This document shows positions 26,090-32,000 of a stretch of 32,000 nt of DNA, piece after piece. The position numbers and the translations under genes are program-made. The stretch is taken from positions 3,660,001 to 3,692,000 of the forward strand of contig NC_009925.1 of the NCBI RefSeq assembly GCF_000018105.1, in the 5' to 3' direction. Positions within the stretch are counted from its first letter, which is position 1, and each line of letters opens with the position of its first letter. The stretch is from Acaryochloris marina MBIC11017. GTDB lineage: Bacteria; Cyanobacteriota; Cyanobacteriia; Thermosynechococcales; Thermosynechococcaceae. The notes under the pieces are model-generated. The model was given only the letters and a program-made list of their open reading frames with translations. It made no database searches and was not told the origin of the DNA.

Positions 26090-26333
26090 GTCAAGTATTT
26101 GAAATCACTAATCGGACAGCGTTGATATCTAGCAGCAATTTAAGAATTCGTTTTCTTAAATTTTTACTTAAGATATTGTCACTGTCCAATTGCTAGAATT
26201 CTGAGTGAAGTTTATTTCTTAGCTGTTTGAGTCAATTTGCTTGCTAGGATCACTTCAATCTGTATCGTAGGACATTAAGATACGGTAAGCGATAACAAGA
26301 CTACAGAGCAACGCTGACTTAAACCGCTATTGC

Positions 26334-26477
26334 TTACTCAGCAGGAGAAGCTTCAGGGGAAGCCTCTGCTTCGGGAGAAGCTTCGGGGCTGGGAGACTCA
26401 GATGCACTATCTGAGCAGGCACCTAAAAGGGTGGAAAAGCCAAGTAGAACGGCTAAAGCAGTTAGTTTGATTTTCAT
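26334..26477 (-). CDS. small secreted lipoprotein (47 aa) with a repetitive Glu/Ala/Ser/Pro tail, not in the ORF track
   Basis: It translates to MKIKLTALAVLLGFSTLLGAC|SDSASESPSPEASPEAEASPEASPAE. It has a signal peptide plus the lipobox-like LGAC. GGAG lies about 12 nt upstream of the ATG, and the stop is TAA at 26334-26336. Confidence 0.6.
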   Translation of the reverse strand: MKIKLTALAVLLGFSTLLGACSDSASESPSPEASPEAEASPEASPAE

Positions 26478-26628
26478 TTGTTTCTTAACTCCTCACAGTG
26501 GAATTGATAAAAAAAGAGCCACTTACTTGTATCAAGCCTACGTTGAATTTGCAACTGGTGCAGTTCAAAGCAGGATTATAGAAACATAGTAGTATGCGTC
26601 AGATGCTGGATTTGAGTGATAGAAATAG

Positions 26629-26657
26629 ATTGTCCAGGTTTCTTCAAAATCTGTCAA
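26629..26657 (-). promoter_or_regulatory. candidate promoter for the small lipoprotein gene
   Basis: On the minus strand: TTGACA (26657-26652), a 17-nt spacer, then GACAAT (26634-26629). Confidence 0.3.
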
Positions 26658-26728
26658 TCTATCTTTATGTTTTTGACAAAATCAATATTTAATGATATAT
26701 GCAGGCTGTTGATTGACTCATAGCGTTT

Positions 26729-27406
26729 TTAGTCGTTGCTAGTTTCTAGTTGGGTAGACCTTTGTTGGTTGTGCAGGTACTCAAATACACTTTTGTCACC
26801 GATATCTGGGGGAATGGGTTTAACGATTTTCCTAGATGCAAAAATCATAAACAGTACTGCCCAAGTACCTAATAAGACTTTTTCACCTATGATAGGTAGC
26901 CAGTTCAACCAATGTCCTAATAGCAGTATCGGGACAACACCCGTTAGCAGCTTGGTCTCTCCATGATTGAAGCAAAAAGCTTCTTTAAAAAAAATCCCAG
27001 TCAGTGCAACAAATAGCCAGCCAACACCAAATAGATGGAGTGGCTGCTGATAAATGCTAGCAATGAGGGGGGAAGTTTGTGTGATGGCAATATAGACTGC
27101 AACTGATAAGCCGATAGCCCAAAAGATTTGTAGGGCTCGATGTAAGGCACTCATGTAGATGTGAATGGTGGCTAAACTCACTCCGATTGCCACTGCAAAA
27201 CAAATAAATAAGCCAGTTAGCCATGACAATACATGAGCTTGAGGGCCTAAAAGTAGAAATAGGATAGAGCCCAGGGCAAAGCTAGAAGCCGCTAGCAGCA
27301 TTGCTCCACGATAAATGACGACTTCTATTCGATCGTCTTTAGAAATCGTGAATTCCCCAAAGTGGCCTTGATAAATGTCTGAGGTTGCTTCAAGGAAAGA
27401 AAACAT
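26729..27406 (-). CDS. conserved integral membrane protein (about 6 TM, possibly DUF2301-like)
   Basis: 225 aa with an ATG preceded by AGGAG. It has multiple hydrophobic helices. The family name is from memory and not verified. Confidence 0.7.
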   Translation of the reverse strand: MFSFLEATSDIYQGHFGEFTISKDDRIEVVIYRGAMLLAASSFALGSILFLLLGPQAHVLSWLTGLFICFAVAIGVSLATIHIYMSALHRALQIFWAIGLSVAVYIAITQTSPLIASIYQQPLHLFGVGWLFVALTGIFFKEAFCFNHGETKLLTGVVPILLLGHWLNWLPIIGEKVLLGTWAVLFMIFASRKIVKPIPPDIGDKSVFEYLHNQQRSTQLETSND

Positions 27407-27518
27407 ATGTTAACTCCTGGCTACTGCGGGTGGAATCCAAAGGTGTTGAATGAGTCAGGTGGGATGCCTTAATCGATCATTGTAGCGGGTGTCTGTGATG
27501 GAAGTTTGTGAGTCTTAT

Positions 27519-27541
27519 CCCTCTTTTATCACTTTAGACAG
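27519..27541. repeat. IS terminal inverted repeat (transposase-distal end)
   Basis: ccctcttttatcactttagacag is the exact reverse complement of 28888-28910. Confidence 0.92.
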
Positions 27542-28844
27542 AGAGAAAATCAGGATGCTTGAGCAATTTCCTCACCAGTGGACAGCAAAATGCCTCCATC
27601 TTTGATGTGAGTTGCTCAAACCCCTTTTTCAAAGCACGGCTGGGAAAGACTTCTAACCAGCGCTTTAGAAGATTCCAACTGATTAACGGTTGAATGATCA
27701 AGCGCACATTATTGAGCAGATTCTTCCACCCGTTTTGGTTATCCCACCAAGGATGCTGCGCAAAGTGTTGATGTGCCACTGGACAAGAGTCATTGAAGAC
27801 ATCAGCGAACAAACTCACCATCAAGAAAGCGCTCATCACTATCTCCCACCACTTTTCAATTTGTTCGTAGTGCGTCATGCGAAAATCAGCCCAACCCAAG
27901 GTATCTTTAGACTGTTTGAGACCATACTCAATCCAAGTTCTGAAGCCATAGCAATCCCCAATTTCATCCAGCTTGATCTCGGGTGCCGCTGCCATGACAT
28001 AAGAGGTTGAGTTCTCTGGTAGCGTTTGGGGGTCCGTGGTTAATAGCCAATAGCGCTTCTGGTGGTGTCGCTGGCCATAAATGATCTCTTGCCTGTAACG
28101 AGTTTCAGTGGTGCCATTGCTGAAGGTTCGTTCAAATGACTGCCACGGTTCGGCAAAGACTGCTTGTTCTGCGGGTAACCACACCGCATGATTGCTACGA
28201 ATCGCTAGGATATAGGGCAGCTTTAACTCCTCTAAGACATTCACAAAGTTTGTTTGAGCTTCCCCATACAAGCTGTCAGCCAGGACGAGCTCAAAGCAAA
28301 AGCCCATCCCTTGCAACTGTCGGATCATTCCAGCAGCAATTTGGGGTTTGCTGAGATACTCATCCTCCTCTTTAAGACGTTCTCGGGGTTTGTACACTTC
28401 AAAGGACAAAGGCAAAATCATCCCTTGAAACAGCCCGTAGGCAGTGACTGCGACGATGCCATTCTCTTTCTTGCCCACATTGCCGATATACTGCCGTTTC
28501 ACATAGTCGGTACTCTTGCCTTTTTTGCAATCGCCCGTCTCATCGATCAATAGAATTAACCTGCGCCCATCCAGTATTTTCAAGATGATGTCCAATCTCT
28601 TGTCAGACAAATGTGACGCTACCCAAGGTGATTCACTCAGAAAATGATGCAGGCTTTGATGGTTCTCCAAGCCCACTGCTCTTGCAATGGCGGGCAATGA
28701 TTTACGTTTGATATCACTAATCATCCCCAGATGGAGATGCTTGAAGGCTTCATAACTGCGGACTTGGGGAAATAACTCTGCAAATAGTTGGCAGTACTCA
28801 TCAACAAAGCCAATGGTTGGTTCTGGACTTCTTGAAGCTGACAT
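27534..28844 (-). CDS. IS701-family DDE transposase
   Basis: 436 aa. It has the blocks LLIDETGDCKKG, VLADSLYGE and IEYGLKQSKDTLGW (DDE triad context). The ATG is at 28844 (the track start GTG is at 28847). Confidence 0.88.
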   Translation of the reverse strand: MSASRSPEPTIGFVDEYCQLFAELFPQVRSYEAFKHLHLGMISDIKRKSLPAIARAVGLENHQSLHHFLSESPWVASHLSDKRLDIILKILDGRRLILLIDETGDCKKGKSTDYVKRQYIGNVGKKENGIVAVTAYGLFQGMILPLSFEVYKPRERLKEEDEYLSKPQIAAGMIRQLQGMGFCFELVLADSLYGEAQTNFVNVLEELKLPYILAIRSNHAVWLPAEQAVFAEPWQSFERTFSNGTTETRYRQEIIYGQRHHQKRYWLLTTDPQTLPENSTSYVMAAAPEIKLDEIGDCYGFRTWIEYGLKQSKDTLGWADFRMTHYEQIEKWWEIVMSAFLMVSLFADVFNDSCPVAHQHFAQHPWWDNQNGWKNLLNNVRLIIQPLISWNLLKRWLEVFPSRALKKGFEQLTSKMEAFCCPLVRKLLKHPDFLSV

Positions 28845-28887
28845 CACTCATTAGAAAAATAGAAACTGAGAATAGTCTATTTTTTAT

Positions 28888-28910
28888 CTGTCTAAAGTGA
28901 TAAAAGAGGG
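28888..28910. repeat. IS terminal inverted repeat (transposase-proximal end)
   Basis: ctgtctaaagtgataaaagaggg is the exact reverse complement of 27519-27541. Confidence 0.92.
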
Positions 28911-28940
28911 TTATGGAGGGAACGGTCTAGGGTAAAAAAT

Positions 28941-29723
28941 TTACGGATGGAGATGTAGCTCTACTGGTTCTCCTATCTTGCTGTTTAGGATGTGATGAGC
29001 AGAGCCGTTGGGAAGAGCGATTTCAAGCCACCCATGACTACCAACCAGTGCTTTTAGGGTGGGATAAGCTTCTTCCGTCGTGTATGAGGTCGTACTGTGA
29101 ATGTGGTGCTGATCAATCTGTAGGCTCCACGAAATGTGTTGGACCTCGCTGGCAGGAATATTGGTAATCAAATTGCCGAAATAGTCGATAGCCTGAATAT
29201 TGCCCGTACCCCCATTTGGGGTGGGTTGCCAGGTAAAAATATTAGATAGGGCTGTGAGTGCCGAAAGGGGTACCTTGGGACCCAGGACCTGGAGAGAGAG
29301 TCCTTTGGCTAAGTAGGCAGCGGCTGGAGCGAAAATGTCTCTGCCATGAAAGGTATTGCTAGGTTGGGTGGAATACCAATATTGGCTGTTGGTTAGTTCT
29401 ACGGCTGCGATCGCAGCCTCATACCGCAGAACATGGCTAAATAGACCATTGTCAGGGCCAATCAGTATGCCTGAAGGCATTTGGATCGCAATGGCTCGTC
29501 GATGGCTGCCCACGCCTGGATCAACGACGGCAACATGAATCGTACCTGGTGGGAAATGTGGATAGGCATTGCCCAGTTGGAAGCTGCCAAGGGCAATATT
29601 TTGAGGGGGGATTTGATGAGTTAAATCAATGACATGAGCCTGGGGATGAATGCCAGCGATAACCCCTTTCATAACGCCGACATAAACGTCTTCTAGGCCA
29701 AAATCCGTAAGAAGTGTAATCAT
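28941..29723 (-). CDS. SAM hydroxide adenosyltransferase / SAM hydrolase family protein (DUF62, fluorinase-chlorinase fold)
   Basis: It has the family motifs LLTDFGLEDVYVGVMKGVI, VDPGVGS, GPDNGL and FHGRDIFAP. Confidence 0.8.
   Translation of the reverse strand: MITLLTDFGLEDVYVGVMKGVIAGIHPQAHVIDLTHQIPPQNIALGSFQLGNAYPHFPPGTIHVAVVDPGVGSHRRAIAIQMPSGILIGPDNGLFSHVLRYEAAIAAVELTNSQYWYSTQPSNTFHGRDIFAPAAAYLAKGLSLQVLGPKVPLSALTALSNIFTWQPTPNGGTGNIQAIDYFGNLITNIPASEVQHISWSLQIDQHHIHSTTSYTTEEAYPTLKALVGSHGWLEIALPNGSAHHILNSKIGEPVELHLHP
29407..29414. repeat. HIP1 palindrome GCGATCGC
   Basis: Perfect 8-mer. Confidence 0.9.
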
Positions 29724-29802
29724 GGATGTTGCCTATGGCAAGGGCTGGCTAGGTCGATACAACATGCTTCTTACCAGGATAGGAGAGCCTTGAACACAGA
29801 TA

Positions 29803-29840
29803 TACAAAAACAAGCTGCTACAGAACAGTTAGCAGCTCGT
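29803..29840 (-). terminator. rho-independent terminator of the rplU-rpmA operon
   Basis: On the minus strand: AGCTGCTA (29837-29830), a 9-nt loop, TAGCAGCT (29820-29813), then TGTTTTTG. It lies about 40 nt after the rpmA stop. Confidence 0.7.
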
Positions 29841-29878
29841 TTATTCAATGCTAAAAGTGCTTTTAATCAAGCGCAGTT

Positions 29879-30133
29879 CTATGCAGGATAGACGCTGACT
29901 TTCTTGCGGGATTTACCTTTGCGCTCAAAAGTAACAATGCCATCAATCGTGGCAAATAACGTATCGTCACTACCGCGACCGACATTATTACCAGGATGAA
30001 CCTTAGTGCCCCGTTGACGAATAATGATGTTGCCTGCCCGGACGACTTCACCGCCGTAACGCTTAACCCCTAAACGCTGAGCGTTAGAGTCCCGTCCGTT
30101 GCGGGTACTACCGGTTCCTTTCTTATGAGCCAT
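29879..30133 (-). CDS. rpmA: 50S ribosomal protein L27
   Basis: [28 protein letters not shown]... is the canonical L27 N-terminus. Confidence 0.97.
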
Positions 30134-30183
30134 AATGTCCTCGTGAATGCTTTGGGATAAGGTTTGAAATTGCTTGGGAATAA

Positions 30184-30594
30184 CTAATCCGCAACGACTT
30201 CTGCTTCAACAGCCACTGCTTCGTCGCTTGCTTTGGATTTCTTGGTCTTTTTGGTGCTTGCTGCCCCAAGAGCCTTACCATCTAGATGAATTGCATCCAC
30301 CATTAAGCGGGTGAGTTCTTGACGATGCCCCCGCTTCTTCCGGGTTTTCTTTTTGGGCTGCATCTTGTAGACGATAATCTTGCGATCGCGGCGATGCTGC
30401 ATCACGGTTACTTCAACGGTCGCCCCTTTGACTAAGGGTTGGCCAACCGTGGCTTCATTGCCATCATGGACGAGCAAGACTTGGTTGAGGGATAATTTGG
30501 TATCTGGATCGTCTGCTAGACGATCAACATCGTAATATCGACCGGGTTCTACTTTTAACTGTTTTCCACCCGTTTCGATAATTGCAAAAGTCAT
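30184..30594 (-). CDS. rplU: 50S ribosomal protein L21 (with a Lys-rich/acidic C-terminal extension)
   Basis: It starts [18 protein letters not shown]... and contains ...GHRQELTRL... It sits immediately upstream of rpmA. Confidence 0.95.
30382..30389. repeat. HIP1 palindrome GCGATCGC
   Basis: Perfect 8-mer. Confidence 0.9.
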
Positions 30595-30758
30595 TTGATT
30601 TGAGCCTCAATAAGCCGTACAGGTATCTGATCCTCTGTTTTTGCTTGAGCATCAGCATTTAGGGCATGGACCTGATCCGAGCTGAACAAAAGTATGCCGA
30701 ATATCTAGTATTCAAAATTTTAGGGTGGATTGTCAACTGTTAATCGCAAAGACAACCA

Positions 30759-31181
30759 TCATCCTTCAGAGGGAGATTGAAAGGGCAAAGGTAGACGCTC
30801 CGCATGTCCCCAAAATGCTTCTAAATCATAGTATTCCCGCTGTTCTGGCATCAGTACATGGGAGATAACGTCGCCATAGTCTAGCAAAACCCAGGTGCCT
30901 TCAGCTTTCCCTTCTTGACGAACCGGGAGCCTATGGTAGTGGTCTTCAGCTGCTTTCTCCATAGACTCTGTAATTGCTCTCACCTGGGTGCGAGAAAAGC
31001 CAGTGACGATGACAAAGTAATCAGCGATAAAAGAAACATCTGCGACCTGTAGCACCAAAATGTCGCCCCCTTTACGGTCATCGGCTGCTTCAGCCAAGCA
31101 TAACGCTAAGGTTTGGGCTAAGTCTTGTGCAGGTGACAGGGGAGTATTTATGGTTGGTTGTCCAGAAGAATTAGAAACCAA
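30759..31181 (-). CDS. rsfS: ribosome silencing factor RsfS (iojap family)
   Basis: It has the core ...AADDRKGGDILVLQV...ADYFVIVTG.S..Q..AI......WVLLDYGDVI.H.. and EQREYYDLE.FW. There is no in-frame ATG near the N-terminus, so the real start (TTG at 31181 or an internal TTG/GTG/CTG) is uncertain. Confidence 0.82.
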   Translation of the reverse strand: MVSNSSGQPTINTPLSPAQDLAQTLALCLAEAADDRKGGDILVLQVADVSFIADYFVIVTGFSRTQVRAITESMEKAAEDHYHRLPVRQEGKAEGTWVLLDYGDVISHVLMPEQREYYDLEAFWGHAERLPLPFQSPSEG

Positions 31182-31273
31182 AAGTTTGAAAATGTATAGA
31201 GCTATCCTCTACACCTTAACTTAGGAAACTTGAGTTGGATGTCAAGATTGCTGAACCTCAATTGGATGTGATT

Positions 31274-31876
31274 TTAAGATTGAAGTTCTAGCCATGCCCA
31301 GTTGCGAGTAAGCACCATGCGGGGGTGAATCAGGCGTTGGGTTTTCACTAAGTGTTTCAGAGTGAGGTCACAGACGAGCGCGACGGCATGGTGAAGATCC
31401 TGGTAACTCATCTCTCGGGCTGCCTGGACTTTGGGCCGATCGCCCCGTCCTGGTTCTAAGCTGTCGGCCAGAAAGACCACGCAGCTTAAATCGCTCATCT
31501 GGGGTTGTCCAAGGGTATGGTTGCTGATGGCAGCTAGAATCTCAGTATCCGTAATACCGAAGGTTTCTTGAGCCACTAGGGCGCTGACTTGGGCATGTAA
31601 CAAGTGAGGATTAGCTTCATCCACAGGATCGGTGGGGAGTTGGTGCTTTTGGGCGAGGGCCAAGAGTTGTGCGGGCGGAAAATATTTGGCTAAATCATGC
31701 ATCAGACCGGCCCTGGCAGCTTGCTCTTGATCGAGCTGATGTCGCTGAGCCAAGTCTCGAGCCATGGCTTCGACTCTCAGAATATGTTGAATTCGGATCT
31801 CGGGGACATTCTCTTTAAGCCATTGGAGCACAGTATCTCTGGCCCAAGGAGCAAGATCAGGTTGCACAGATGTCAT
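31274..31876 (-). CDS. yqeK: HD-domain protein YqeK (bis(5'-nucleosyl)-tetraphosphatase family)
   Basis: It has RIQHILRVEAMARDLA...AGLMHDLAKY (the HD motif), and the yqeK-rsfS gene order is conserved. The track start at 31903 is TTG, and the first ATG is at 31876. Confidence 0.78.
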   Translation of the reverse strand: MTSVQPDLAPWARDTVLQWLKENVPEIRIQHILRVEAMARDLAQRHQLDQEQAARAGLMHDLAKYFPPAQLLALAQKHQLPTDPVDEANPHLLHAQVSALVAQETFGITDTEILAAISNHTLGQPQMSDLSCVVFLADSLEPGRGDRPKVQAAREMSYQDLHHAVALVCDLTLKHLVKTQRLIHPRMVLTRNWAWLELQS

Positions 31877-32000
31877 GGGATCAAAATCAATGGCGTATAT
31901 CAAACTTTATGCAAGAATGATGCTGACGGACCCCGTAGGACTCCCAGCCCCTTGCCGTTCTCAAATCCTAACTGGAAAAGAAGGCTATAGCGAAAAAGCC

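Larger units (their letters stand above)
27519..28910 (-). mobile_element. intact IS701-family insertion sequence (1392 bp)
   Basis: It has perfect 23-bp terminal inverted repeats and a single DDE transposase ORF. It is flanked by the 4-bp direct repeat TTAT (27515-27518 and 28911-28914), consistent with the 4-bp duplications I recall for IS701-type elements. Confidence 0.9.

Noticed and set aside
25006-26333. I searched for a JUMPStart/ops (GGCGGTAG) antitermination element upstream of the polysaccharide operon.
   Set aside because: No copy is present on either strand of this region, and the RfaH/ops system is not expected in cyanobacteria anyway.
26488-26497. The plus-strand motif ACTCCTCACA resembles the conserved ACUCCUCACAC core of the cyanobacterial sRNA Yfr1.
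   Set aside because: It is simply the complement of the GGAG Shine-Dalgarno region of the minus-strand lipoprotein gene. There are no flanking stem-loops or terminator in the Yfr1 arrangement.
30595-30758. There may be a ribosomal-protein leader or promoter upstream of rplU. A TTGACA lies at 30736-30731 on the minus strand.
   Set aside because: No acceptable -10 hexamer lies at a 16-18 nt spacing (the best is AATACT), and I could find no convincing conserved leader structure by eye.
1-32000. I looked for CRISPR arrays, long tandem repeats, and retron, toxin-antitoxin or restriction-modification style defence modules.
   Set aside because: No regularly spaced direct repeats were seen. No ORF has motifs of Cas, reverse transcriptase, nuclease-methylase pairs or small TA pairs. 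The methyltransferases present are small-molecule/sugar class I types in a glycan context.

Overview
This looks like a cyanobacterial chromosomal segment. The evidence is seven perfect HIP1 palindromes (GCGATCGC), a tRNA-Leu(UAA) gene split by the classic group I intron, and cyanobacterial-type L21/L27 genes. Almost all genes are on the minus strand. Layout: (1) 1-2117 holds two small conserved hypothetical genes and the intron-containing trnL(UAA) with its terminator. (2) 2118-25005 is a ~23-kb Wzx/Wzy-type surface-polysaccharide (O-antigen/EPS) locus. It encodes two GT4 glycosyltransferases, a CgeB-like glycosyltransferase, an SDR epimerase/dehydratase (the only plus-strand gene), four predicted methyltransferases, a hexapeptide acyltransferase, a Wzy-like polymerase, a deacetylase-like protein and a Wzx flippase. 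It also carries an FkbH/ACP/VOC/methyltransferase/AAC(3)-like cassette, a wbpA-wbpB-wbpD-wbpE-like cassette for UDP-2,3-diacetamido-2,3-dideoxy-glucuronate, and a CapD/WbpM-like 4,6-dehydratase. (3) 25006-26333 is a 1.3-kb AT-rich stretch with no ORF of 60 aa or more. It contains an orphan bidirectional terminator and a candidate ~180-nt transcription unit. It is followed by a 47-aa lipoprotein gene that the ORF track missed. (4) 26729-29723 holds a multi-pass membrane protein, an intact IS701-family insertion sequence (perfect 23-bp inverted repeats, 4-bp TTAT target duplication) and a DUF62 SAM hydroxide adenosyltransferase-like gene. (5) 29879-31903 is the housekeeping block rpmA, rplU, rsfS, yqeK. 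I found no CRISPR array and no recognisable defence, toxin-antitoxin or phage module. The most unusual content is the FkbH-ACP acyl-donor cassette embedded in the glycan locus, the compositional mosaic of that locus (AT-rich, HIP1-free blocks), and the long ORF-free region upstream of it. Several ORF-track starts are TTG/GTG artefacts, and I moved them to the first plausible ATG. All functional calls rest on motif recognition by eye; no database search was possible.
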